Positions 36,834 to 45,784 of a DNA stretch of 64,000 bases are shown here, one piece after another. The notes under the pieces were generated by a model. The model saw nothing but the letters and a program-made list of their open reading frames with translations. It was not told where the DNA came from and did not search any database. Source of the DNA: Bacilli bacterium. GTDB lineage: Bacteria > Bacillota_I > Bacilli_A > RFN20 > UBA1709. Every line of letters begins with the position of its first letter. The first letter of the stretch is position 1. The position numbers and the translations under genes are program-made. The stretch lies in assembly GCA_050949315.1 (NCBI GenBank), contig JBMNFL010000001.1, forward strand, positions 448,001-512,000, given 5' to 3'.

Positions 36834-39209
36834 TTAATGTTTAACCGTCTCTATATACTGCCTGATAAAACTGGCATTTTCATAACGGTCATACTCTTGT
36901 TTAGCATTAGGAACTAGTAAAGTTGGCGCCTTCATAATCTTATAATTAAGGCTTAATTCTTTGTTTTCTTCAGCATCGATAAGTCTATATTTTATGCCCG
37001 CTTTTTTCAGCATCATCTGGGCCATTTGACAATTGGGACAGGTTTTGGTCGTGAAAAGCAGTAACTGCTCATCATCAGCATGAATGACACTTTCTTCACA
37101 AATCTCTTTATTTACGTGATGGTGTTGACCCAGAATGGAATTTTCGGGGACATAAACCATCCGCTCTTTAAACTCTTCAGTTTTCCCGGCATTCCAGTTT
37201 TGAACAGGACGGTAGTACCCAGTAATCCGACTATAGATCTCCGTCTTCTCACCACAAACCGGACAAACCACTTCTTCCCCTGCTAAGTAGCCATGACGTT
37301 GGCAGACAGAATAAGTCGGCGAGATGGTGTAGTATGGTAATTTATAATTTTCGGCAATGGTTCTAACAAGCTTAGCGGTAGCCTGCCAAGAAGGCAGTTT
37401 TTGACCAAGGAAAGTATGAAAAACCGTTCCCGAGGTATAGAGGGTCTGAAGCTCATCTTGAACGTCTAAGGCCTTAAAAAGGTCGTCAGTAAAATTAACT
37501 GGTAAATGAGAACTGTTGGTATAGTAAGGTACCGTATCATCTTGCGAAGCTGTGATGATATCCGGATAACGCGTCCGATCGTGTTTAGCCAAACGATAGG
37601 CCGTCGATTCCGCCGGCGTGGCTTCAAGATTATAGAGATCGCCATATTGCTCTTGATAATCCGCCAATTTGTTCCGCATGAAATTCAAAACCTCTTTAGT
37701 AAATTCAACCGACTTCTTGTGGGTTAGATCTAAACCAAGCCAATTAGCATTCAAACAGGCCTCATTCATACCTACTAAGCCAATGGTTGAAAAGTGGTTC
37801 TCAAAGGTTCCTAGATATCTTTTGGTATAAGGATAAAGACCGGCTTCTAAGAACTTCGTGATGACCTCGCGTTTAATTTTTAAAGAACGCGCGGCCAAAT
37901 TCATCATCTTTTCTAAGCGAACATAAAAGTCTTCTTTATTGCTGGCAAGATAAGCAATGCGCGGCATATTGATGGTCACCACACCCACCGAGCCTGTACT
38001 CTCACCACTGCCAAAGAAACCGCCGGATTTCTTTCTTAACTCCCGTAAATCCAAACGCAAGCGGCAGCACATCGAACGCACATCACTTGGCTCCATATCA
38101 CTATTAATATAATTACTAAAATAAGGTGTGCCATACTTAGCCGTCATGGTAAACAATAAGCGATTGTTTTCGGTATCCGACCAATCAAAATCTTTGGTTA
38201 TTGAATAGGTTGGAATGGGATATTGGAAACCACGACCATTGGCATCGCCTTCAATCATAATCTCAATAAAGGCCTTGTTGATCATCGCCATTTCCTTAAC
38301 GCAATCCTTATACTTGAAAGGCATTTCCTTGCCCTTAACAATAGCTGGTAATTCGGCTAAATCATCAGGAACAACCCAGTCCAAGGTAATGTTGGTAAAA
38401 GGGGCTTGTGTTCCCCAACGACTTGGAGTATTAACCCCATAGACAAAAGACTGAATGCATTGCTTAGTCTCTTTATAACTTAAATTATCTACCTTGACAA
38501 AGGGTGCCAGATAAGTATCAAAAGAAGAGAAAGCTTGGGCTCCAGCCCATTCATTCTGCATGATGCCTAAAAAGTTAGTCATTTGGTTACAAAGCGTTGA
38601 TAGGTGCGCTGCTGGGGAAGAAGTTATCTTCCCAGGAATGCCGCCTAGTCCTTCGACAATCAATTGTCTGAGCGACCAACCAGCACAGTAACCAGTTAAC
38701 ATTGATAAATCATGAATATGGATATCCGCATTTTTATGGGCGGCTTCTATCTCGTTATCGTAAACTTCAGAAAGCCAGTAGTTAGCGGTAACCGCCCCCG
38801 AGTTAGATAAGATTAAACCACCGACGGAATAGGTAACCGTGGAATTTTCCTTAACCCGCCAATCGTTAATCTTGAGGTAGTTATTAACAGTATCTTTATA
38901 ATCTAAGATTGTCGATTTGACATTTCTTATATTTTCATGTTGCTTCCGATAGAGGATGTAGGCTTTCGCTACATCATCATAAGCCGCTTGAATTAAAACG
39001 ACTTCCACGCTATCTTGGATGTCCTCAACCGCGATGCATTCTTCTTTGATTTTGGGTTCAAAGTTCGCGGTCACTCTTAAGGACAGCAGCTCGATAATGT
39101 CCTCGCTATATTGACGATTGACGGCTTCAAAAGCCTTCTTAATCGCGTTTTCAATTTTGGTGATGTCAAAGGAGACAATGCTCCCATCTCTTTTTAAAAC
39201 TCTAATCAT
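36834..39209 (-). CDS. nrdD: Class III ribonucleotide reductase with ATP cone and fused C-terminal glutaredoxin-like domain
   Basis: VLKRDG cone, SMCCRL finger loop, EATPAES, YSRITGYY glycyl motif, C-terminal TCPNC...KAPT. Confidence 0.95.
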   Translation of the reverse strand: MIRVLKRDGSIVSFDITKIENAIKKAFEAVNRQYSEDIIELLSLRVTANFEPKIKEECIAVEDIQDSVEVVLIQAAYDDVAKAYILYRKQHENIRNVKSTILDYKDTVNNYLKINDWRVKENSTVTYSVGGLILSNSGAVTANYWLSEVYDNEIEAAHKNADIHIHDLSMLTGYCAGWSLRQLIVEGLGGIPGKITSSPAAHLSTLCNQMTNFLGIMQNEWAGAQAFSSFDTYLAPFVKVDNLSYKETKQCIQSFVYGVNTPSRWGTQAPFTNITLDWVVPDDLAELPAIVKGKEMPFKYKDCVKEMAMINKAFIEIMIEGDANGRGFQYPIPTYSITKDFDWSDTENNRLLFTMTAKYGTPYFSNYINSDMEPSDVRSMCCRLRLDLRELRKKSGGFFGSGESTGSVGVVTINMPRIAYLASNKEDFYVRLEKMMNLAARSLKIKREVITKFLEAGLYPYTKRYLGTFENHFSTIGLVGMNEACLNANWLGLDLTHKKSVEFTKEVLNFMRNKLADYQEQYGDLYNLEATPAESTAYRLAKHDRTRYPDIITASQDDTVPYYTNSSHLPVNFTDDLFKALDVQDELQTLYTSGTVFHTFLGQKLPSWQATAKLVRTIAENYKLPYYTISPTYSVCQRHGYLAGEEVVCPVCGEKTEIYSRITGYYRPVQNWNAGKTEEFKERMVYVPENSILGQHHHVNKEICEESVIHADDEQLLLFTTKTCPNCQMAQMMLKKAGIKYRLIDAEENKELSLNYKIMKAPTLLVPNAKQEYDRYENASFIRQYIETVKH

Positions 39210-39239
39210 ATTTTGTCACTCCTCGACTAGGTAATGCCA

Positions 39240-39268
39240 AGTCTAACAATTGGTTTTTTGCCTGTCAA
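39240..39268 (-). promoter_or_regulatory. Sigma-A-like promoter of nrdD-trxB
   Basis: TTGACA-17-TAGACT with extended TG. Confidence 0.65.
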
Positions 39269-39529
39269 CAACTTTACTTAATTTTTTTAAGAAATTTTTT
39301 TTGTTTTTAAAAAGGGCCCTATTTTAAGTGTAATTTTTAGTAGTTTTTTGGAAGTCCATAAAGAAACCTCCATATTAAAATAGCCGATATTACCGACTGT
39401 TTTTGAATTATTTTTTTATGAAAACCCTTCCAGCCTCTAATACTATGCAAGTCACAGGATTAAAAACATAAAAAGCTGTAATTAAAAACTTTTGGTCTTA
39501 AATATTAGGAAATTCTTAGTAAAAGTAAA

Positions 39530-40297
39530 TCAAGTTCCTTGTTTTTGTTTCCACGCTTTTTGGATGAGATCTAAGACTTTTTCGGCCTCATCAAGGTAAT
39601 CTAAAGAGTAAAAATATTGACCTGAACTCGCGCTTTTATCCTTAAAATCAAAGTAGAGATGCTGGTAACCTTTTTTATCTTTTTTAAGATGAATAAAACG
39701 CAGTTGCTCATACATAATCTCATAGCGCTTAGGACTGCCAACTTTAAAAATATTCTCCCGCACCAAACGCGTTTTGGTAACATAGTATTTTATTTCAAAA
39801 TCCGCATGACTATACTTGCCGATGATTAAATACAAGCCCACGCCTGTTAGGATAAAGGTACCTACTAAAAAGATAATAGTTATCACTTTAAAGCCAAAAA
39901 GAATTAAGCCTATTGCTAAAAGGGCAAGACCTAAAAAGATTAAAAGTCCGGCTAAAAAATTAGTCTGCTTGCGCACTCTTTTAGAAAAGTCCACACAGGG
40001 CTTACCTGACCATAAAATCTCTTCATTAACTTCACTAGCATATTGGCTTTTTGCTATGCTTGGCATAAAGTCGCTAGTTTTACTAGAGTTCTTCTCTTCT
40101 TCTAAACTAGCTAAATAAGAGCTCAAAGGAATATTAAAGAGCTTAAGCAATTTTAAAACCTGCTCATCAGGAATTTTTAAACTACCCTTCTCCCAGGCAC
40201 TAACGGTTTTTCTTTCCTCGCCTAACATGTCCGCTAACTCGCTTTTGCTAAGCCCCATGTTAAGACGCGCTTCTTTAATCTGATCTTTAAAAAGCAT
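39530..40297 (-). CDS. XRE-HTH membrane protein (HTH + 2 TM + PH-like domain)
   Basis: N-terminal HTH; EEILWSGKP, two TM helices, YYVTKTRL. Confidence 0.75.
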   Translation of the reverse strand: MLFKDQIKEARLNMGLSKSELADMLGEERKTVSAWEKGSLKIPDEQVLKLLKLFNIPLSSYLASLEEEKNSSKTSDFMPSIAKSQYASEVNEEILWSGKPCVDFSKRVRKQTNFLAGLLIFLGLALLAIGLILFGFKVITIIFLVGTFILTGVGLYLIIGKYSHADFEIKYYVTKTRLVRENIFKVGSPKRYEIMYEQLRFIHLKKDKKGYQHLYFDFKDKSASSGQYFYSLDYLDEAEKVLDLIQKAWKQKQGT

Positions 40298-40332
40298 TAC
40301 CTCACCTCAAACTAATAAAAGGAAGTAGCGGT

Positions 40333-40803
40333 CTACTTCCCCTTTTGTTCTTTATCTTCTTTTAACTCTGCGGCTTTCTTTGCCGCTTCTTCTTTCCGCT
40401 GATAATAGTTCTTATAACCTTCCTTTTTGTTATCGCCCTCATCCCATTTGCGCCCTTTTAAAATAAAGACACTAAACATGAAGGCACAGGCTATAACTAG
40501 CATAATTAAAGGTAGGATAATCTTGGCTGGCAAAAGAGCTGTCCAAACAATGGCTAAAACACAAAAGATAAGTAAAACGGCACCGCCAACTATTTTGGCT
40601 TTCTTAACACTCAAACTATTACTCTGATCGGTAGTCGCATCAATGAGAACGGCTACCCCCCAAAAGCCCGTGACAACCGCAACAAAAGTTGCTAACTTAA
40701 ACCAACCAAAAGCCTCGGGTGCTACAGTTGCTAAAATCCAAAGCACCGCGGCAACTAAAAGACCAATAACAGCTACTAATTGAAAAGCAAATCTCCGTTT
40801 CAT
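40333..40803 (-). CDS. 4-TM membrane protein
   Basis: Four hydrophobic segments, charged tail; in operon. Confidence 0.75.
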   Translation of the reverse strand: MKRRFAFQLVAVIGLLVAAVLWILATVAPEAFGWFKLATFVAVVTGFWGVAVLIDATTDQSNSLSVKKAKIVGGAVLLIFCVLAIVWTALLPAKIILPLIMLVIACAFMFSVFILKGRKWDEGDNKKEGYKNYYQRKEEAAKKAAELKEDKEQKGK

Positions 40804-40805
40804 AT

Positions 40806-41909
40806 CTATTTACCTCCAAAAAAGATTAAGACGATTAACGCCACAACTACTAAAGCTACTAAAACTACTATACCCACTTTAAGCACTGATAAGGGGGTCT
40901 TACCCGTAACCTTACCATTATGACCATTGACATAAAAGTTATAGAGTTTACTCTTCCAATGACAATGACCGATATAAAGTGGTAAAAGCAAATATTTATA
41001 AGTCATTTTTGAACAGGCGGTTTCCACATTCAAATAATCGACAACATCATAACTATAACGAGCAAGAATCGCCTCTCTTATCTTACGATCAATAATTCTT
41101 TTAGCATAATCCCAAGCCTCTTCTCCCGTTCTTTCAGTAGCCGTTGCTACAAAACCGTGGAGAAATTCTGAAGAGTATTGCTGACTCTTATTGGTATCAA
41201 AAGGTTGCAACTTATCAAGAGTCTGCTGACCGATTTTGGAAGAAGCATGGACTAAGATATCGTCAAAGAAAATATCAATATTACCATGGACTCTAAACCA
41301 ACGCGTCTTAGTAACGGTTGTTGTCTTCCCGTTAACTCTCCTTTGTTCGGTATAATGCTTTCCTAAGCGCCCCTTATAAGAAGAGGCCGTATCGGTATCA
41401 AAAGTAAAGGCTGGGGAATAAACGCCATTTAATCCTTCAGGCTTAACACTTCTTTTAAAAGCGATTGGGGCAAATAATTTCTTTTTGGCCCAGGCGATAA
41501 CTTTTTCAGTAGCGACTTTCACATCGATAAGAAAAGGGACGACACCATTAGGTTTAACACCTGATAGTTCTTCAACTTCTACGACATTAGTCGTGCCACA
41601 AAAAGGACAAATCTTAGCAATTTCATTCCTATTTAAGACTTCGGAAGCCCCACAATTATTACAACGATAAATATGGGTTTCTTTGCCCCACTCATTGTCC
41701 TGCTTCTGAATTAACTTACCAAAGGATTGTTCAACACTAATATTGCCAAAATTGATTTCTTTCTTACTGCCACAATAAGGGCACTTTAAAGCTAAATCAT
41801 TGGGCGAATATTCCATGTTGGCGCCACAGACTGGACACTTAGCAACCTCGGTTGTGTTTTCGGTTTCTTCAAAAACTTCTTGTTTTTGTTCTTCTTGCAC
41901 CTTATTCAC
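40806..41909 (-). CDS. Zinc-ribbon membrane-anchored protein (YdjG-like)
   Basis: Four CxxC pairs, LLLPLY...VNGHNGKVTGKTP, C-terminal TM. Confidence 0.75.
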   Translation of the reverse strand: MNKVQEEQKQEVFEETENTTEVAKCPVCGANMEYSPNDLALKCPYCGSKKEINFGNISVEQSFGKLIQKQDNEWGKETHIYRCNNCGASEVLNRNEIAKICPFCGTTNVVEVEELSGVKPNGVVPFLIDVKVATEKVIAWAKKKLFAPIAFKRSVKPEGLNGVYSPAFTFDTDTASSYKGRLGKHYTEQRRVNGKTTTVTKTRWFRVHGNIDIFFDDILVHASSKIGQQTLDKLQPFDTNKSQQYSSEFLHGFVATATERTGEEAWDYAKRIIDRKIREAILARYSYDVVDYLNVETACSKMTYKYLLLPLYIGHCHWKSKLYNFYVNGHNGKVTGKTPLSVLKVGIVVLVALVVVALIVLIFFGGK

Positions 41910-43019
41910 CTACTCGGCAATTTTGCTGCCACATTCGGGACAAAACTTCGTCCCCGCCTCTAACTCTTTCTCACATTTTGGACAGGTTAACTTTAAAGAA
42001 GTCCCGCATTCTGGACAAAAGCGGGCGTTTTCACTAACCGCCGCCCCACACTTAGGACAAGACTTACCTGTCGGTTTACCACATTCAGGGCAGAATTTAA
42101 CTCCCACTTTAATCATCTTGCCACAAGAAGGACAAGGCATGGTCGCTTCGGCTGCCTTAGGCGAGGCCATCTCTTGGGTCATACTACCAAAGGCTTTACC
42201 TAGGTTAGCCCCAACACCAAGACCAATTCCAGCTCCCATCATCGTGCCAGCGGCCCCAGGATTCTTAGCCGCTTCCTTCAAAGCTTCGGCCTGAGCAAGT
42301 TGAGTGTAGATATCGATATTCTTTCTCATCATCCCTAGCCGTGTCTGCTCATCAAGCGCCTTTTCAAGTTCTTCAGGCATCGAGAAGTTTTCAAAATTAA
42401 CCTTGGCAAGTTCAATACCAATATCCTTTAAATGCGATGACAAAACTGTTTGAACATAGGTTCCTAATTCAACTAGGTTGGCCGCCATATCTAAAACGGG
42501 AATCTTGGATTCACCAACGGCATCGGAAATGTTGGTAACCACAATTGAACGCAGCCAATCAGTTATATCTTCTGTTTTATAAGTGGAATTGGTGCCCGAT
42601 AATTCTTTCATAAATAGATAGGCATCTTGAACCTTAAAAGTATAAGTACCATAAGCTCTTACTCTAACCGCCCCAAAATCCTTATCTCGGATGATAATCG
42701 GATTGGTCGTCCCCCACTTGTTATTGGTGAACATCTTAGTATTGACAAAATAAACATCCGATTTAAAGGGGCTTTCAAAGCCGTACTTCCATGATAACAA
42801 TTTGGTGATCAAGGGGATGTTATCCGTATCTAAAGTATAGGTTCCGGGTTCAAAAACATCAGCCATTCTGCCCTTATCAGCAAAGATGCAAACTTGGGAA
42901 TCGCGAACGATTACCTTGGAGCCACGACTAATAAAATCTCTTTTAATGTTGTACTCATATTTGTAGACGATGGTATTTGAGGAACTATCCTTCCATTCAA
43001 TTACCTTTAATAATCCCAT
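41910..43019 (-). CDS. SPFH/band-7-like protein with C-terminal zinc ribbons (YdjI-like)
   Basis: FEPGTYTL, SPFKSDVYFVN, KWGTTNP, repeated FCPECG; RBS at 43027. Confidence 0.85.
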   Translation of the reverse strand: MGLLKVIEWKDSSSNTIVYKYEYNIKRDFISRGSKVIVRDSQVCIFADKGRMADVFEPGTYTLDTDNIPLITKLLSWKYGFESPFKSDVYFVNTKMFTNNKWGTTNPIIIRDKDFGAVRVRAYGTYTFKVQDAYLFMKELSGTNSTYKTEDITDWLRSIVVTNISDAVGESKIPVLDMAANLVELGTYVQTVLSSHLKDIGIELAKVNFENFSMPEELEKALDEQTRLGMMRKNIDIYTQLAQAEALKEAAKNPGAAGTMMGAGIGLGVGANLGKAFGSMTQEMASPKAAEATMPCPSCGKMIKVGVKFCPECGKPTGKSCPKCGAAVSENARFCPECGTSLKLTCPKCEKELEAGTKFCPECGSKIAE

Positions 43020-43197
43020 AATTCTTCCTCCTTTTAGCAAGCTAACAATGTTTGTTCTTAAAATAATCACATACAATAAAAGTATACTATGCTTCTTTAA
43101 TAAAAAAAAGAACTTTTATAAAGTTCTCTATTTTTGACATCCCTATCACGGCCTTGAAAAGATTATAAATATTAGAATAAGAGAGCGCTAATATACC

Positions 43198-43258
43198 AAA
43201 ATTAAATTCCTACTCGCAAAACTCTTAATTTTTTCAAGTTTTTCGAGTAGAGTTTGTT
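43198..43258 (+). repeat. Second copy (inverted) of the 9665-9724 inverted-repeat element
   Basis: CTACTCGCAAAACT-N13-AGTTTTTCGAGTAGAGTTTGTT aligns with the reverse complement of 9665-9724. Confidence 0.85.
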
Positions 43259-43417
43259 TGAGTGAGAAATATGTTATTAAATATAATATATTTTTCAGTG
43301 TTTATGAAAGCATTCTGTTATTTGGACTAACTTTGATTAGTAAATAAATAAGATACCTAGATATATAGGAATAAAGAATAGATATAATAGATATATTAAA
43401 ATATAAAATGATATAAT

Positions 43418-43515
43418 CTGCAATTTATGGAATATAATCCTTACATTTTTTGGAATAAAACCCTTGCAATTTATGGAATGAAACGCTTGCAATTTATGGA
43501 ATTGAGTTGTATAAT
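43418..43515 (+). repeat. 23-bp-period array and promoter upstream of ATPase copy 4
   Basis: TGGAAT anchors at 43428, 43451, 43474, 43497 (unit TTGCAATTTATGGAAT); TTGCAA(43487)-17-TATAAT(43510). Confidence 0.9.
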
Positions 43516-43532
43516 GTGGTCGGGTGATATAA

Positions 43533-44792
43533 ATGGCAACTATTAATTATAGAAAAAGATTAATTGAATCAAGAATTAAAAAGACCATGGGCTTTAGTGG
43601 TGGTGTAGTCATTGAAGGGGCTAAATGGGTTGGTAAATCAACAACAGCAAGTAGATTTGCGAATACGGTGGTGAAACTGCAAGATCCTATCGTAAGAGAA
43701 AAGTATAAAACTTTCGCAACCATTTCCAAAGAAAAAGTTTTAGAAGGAAAAAAACCTATTTTATTTGACGAATGGCAAGATGTTCCAGAAATTTGGGATT
43801 TTATTCGTATTGATATTGATGATTATAATCATAAAGGTGCCTATCTTCTAACTGGTTCAACAAGAAAACAAAACGTAAAAACATATCACACCGGAACAGG
43901 AAGAATAAACTCTGTTTATATGCGACCAATGAGTTTATATGAAAGTGGCGAGTCTAACGGATTGGTCTCTTTAAACGATTTATTTAATCATCAAAACAAC
44001 ATTCCAAGTGTTGCAATATCTAATGTTAGCATAGATGATATAACAAAATTAATTTGTAGAGGAGGCTGGCCAGGAAGTCTAGATTTAGAAGAAGACTTGC
44101 AATTTGAGCTTCCGAAACATCTTTTAAAAAGTATTATCGAGAAAGACTCTGATGAGATTGATGGAATATCAAAAGATAAAGAAAAATTGGAAAAAGTTAT
44201 TAGGAGTTATGCAAGAAACGTTTCTACATTAGCTTCTGATTCAACCATCTACAAAGATCAATCAACAAGAGAAATAGTAAGTGTTAAAACTTTTGATACC
44301 TATATGAACGCTTTAAAAAGATTATTTATTGTTGAAGATGTTTTACCTTGGTCGGTAAATATTAGAAGTTCTAGTAGACTTAGAAAAGGCAGTAAAAGAC
44401 AATTTGTAGATCCTAGTATTGCTGTTGCTGCTCTTGACCTTTCTCCTAAAAAATTGTTAAACGATTTTGAAACTTTTGGCTTTTTATTTGAATCTATTGC
44501 TACCAGAGATATTAGAATTTATGCAGAAGAACTTGAGGGTAAAGTATATTATTATAATGACTCGACCGGACTTGAAGTGGATTTAATTGTTGAATTAAGG
44601 GACGGCTCATGGGGAGGTATTGAAGTTAAGCTAGGGAGTAACGAATTAGATAAAGCCTGTTCTAATTTACAAAAATTAAGCAGTATCTCAAGCGTTAAAC
44701 CTTCTTTTCTTATGATACTAACCAATACTCAAATGGCTTATCAAAGACCAGATGGCGTATATGTTGTACCACTGGGTTGTTTAAAACCCTAA
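43533..44792 (+). CDS. AAA_14 ATPase with DUF4143 (copy 4, same subfamily as copy 3)
   Basis: GAKWVGKS, FDEWQ, HTGTGRI, RGGWP, FVDPSIA, EVDL...IEVK. Confidence 0.9.
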   Translation: MATINYRKRLIESRIKKTMGFSGGVVIEGAKWVGKSTTASRFANTVVKLQDPIVREKYKTFATISKEKVLEGKKPILFDEWQDVPEIWDFIRIDIDDYNHKGAYLLTGSTRKQNVKTYHTGTGRINSVYMRPMSLYESGESNGLVSLNDLFNHQNNIPSVAISNVSIDDITKLICRGGWPGSLDLEEDLQFELPKHLLKSIIEKDSDEIDGISKDKEKLEKVIRSYARNVSTLASDSTIYKDQSTREIVSVKTFDTYMNALKRLFIVEDVLPWSVNIRSSSRLRKGSKRQFVDPSIAVAALDLSPKKLLNDFETFGFLFESIATRDIRIYAEELEGKVYYYNDSTGLEVDLIVELRDGSWGGIEVKLGSNELDKACSNLQKLSSISSVKPSFLMILTNTQMAYQRPDGVYVVPLGCLKP

Positions 44793-44906
44793 ATTTTAGA
44801 AAGTTTTGCTAATTTTTTCTTTTGTTCCAAACTGTGTTTCATAATAAAAACTCCCTTTTCATTGTGCCAACTTTGGTCCAAATTAAGGGAGCCTTTTTAT
44901 ATTAAG

Positions 44907-44982
44907 TGGTGGAGATGACGAGGCTCGAACTCGCTACCTCCTCGTTGCGAACGAGGCGCTCTCCCAGATGAGCTACACCCCC
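44907..44982 (-). tRNA. tRNA-Ala (anticodon CGC)
   Basis: 76 nt GGGGGTG...CATCTCCACCA; G3:U70 pair; anticodon stem CCTCG/CGAGG with loop TTCGCAA; TTCGA T-loop; encoded CCA. Confidence 0.95.
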
Positions 44983-45031
44983 ACAAAGCGTTTTTATGAT
45001 AGCAAAAAACGCTCTACTTGACAAGTTGAAA

Positions 45032-45784
45032 CTACAAATCTAAAAGTAGGGCTACTGGGCAATGATCACTGCCATATATCTCATCATGAATTAAACTATC
45101 TTTGAGGTAGGGAAGAAGCCCTTTGGAAAGCACAAAATAATCAATCCGCCAACCAATACCCTTGGGGCGGGCAAAAGAACGATAACTCCACCAGCTATAC
45201 TTCACTCGCGTTGGATATAGATGACGGAAGCTATCGATAAAACCCGCTTCTAAAAGCAAGGAAAACTTCTCGCGTTCCTCTATGGTAAAACCTGGATTGC
45301 GCGTATTAATAGAGGGGTTTTTTAAGTCAATCTCTTGGTGAGCGACATTTAAATCCCCACAAATAATAACCTCTTTTTGACTCTTTAATTCAATTAAATA
45401 GGCCCTGAGAACATCTTCAAAGGTCTGCCGATAATCTAACCTTAATAAGCCCTCTTGAGAATTCGGTGAATAAACCGTCACTAAAAAGAATTGGGGGTAT
45501 TCAAGGGTAATCACTCTACCCTCATCTAAATAGTCGCCATTAATGCCATAACTAGCCTTTAGGGGTTTATGTTTAGTAAAAATTGCTGTCCCAGAATAAC
45601 CTTTTCTTTCCGCACTATTCCAATACTGATAGTAACCATCTAAAACTAGGCTGACCTGCTCTTCTTGAGCCTTTATTTCTTGCAAACAAAAGAAGTCGGC
45701 AGCATAATCTTTAAAAAAATCTAAAAAGCCCTTTTTTAAGCATGCTCGAATTCCGTTGACATTCCACGAAACAAATTTGAGCAT
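45032..45784 (-). CDS. xth: Exodeoxyribonuclease III / AP endonuclease
   Basis: SWNVNG, LQEIK, GDLNVAH, GWRIDY, GSDHCP. Confidence 0.95.
   Translation of the reverse strand: MLKFVSWNVNGIRACLKKGFLDFFKDYAADFFCLQEIKAQEEQVSLVLDGYYQYWNSAERKGYSGTAIFTKHKPLKASYGINGDYLDEGRVITLEYPQFFLVTVYSPNSQEGLLRLDYRQTFEDVLRAYLIELKSQKEVIICGDLNVAHQEIDLKNPSINTRNPGFTIEEREKFSLLLEAGFIDSFRHLYPTRVKYSWWSYRSFARPKGIGWRIDYFVLSKGLLPYLKDSLIHDEIYGSDHCPVALLLDL

Noticed and set aside
39210-39529. NrdR boxes or a riboswitch in the 320-bp nrdD upstream region
   Set aside because: No convincing ACAN(A/T)ATAT(A/T)GTG-like pair or structured motif seen
41910-43019. Phage origin of the SPFH protein (this family is often labelled 'virion core protein')
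   Set aside because: The motifs are those of the cellular YdjI-like SPFH family and there is no phage context
35905-43145. GACATCCC at 35905 and 43136 as shared cassette ends
   Set aside because: Only 8 bp, and in opposite orientation relative to the two ATPase genes
43080-43530. attL duplicate of the tRNA-Ala 3' end
   Set aside because: No TGGTGGAGATG-like copy seen, so an intact island cannot be claimed
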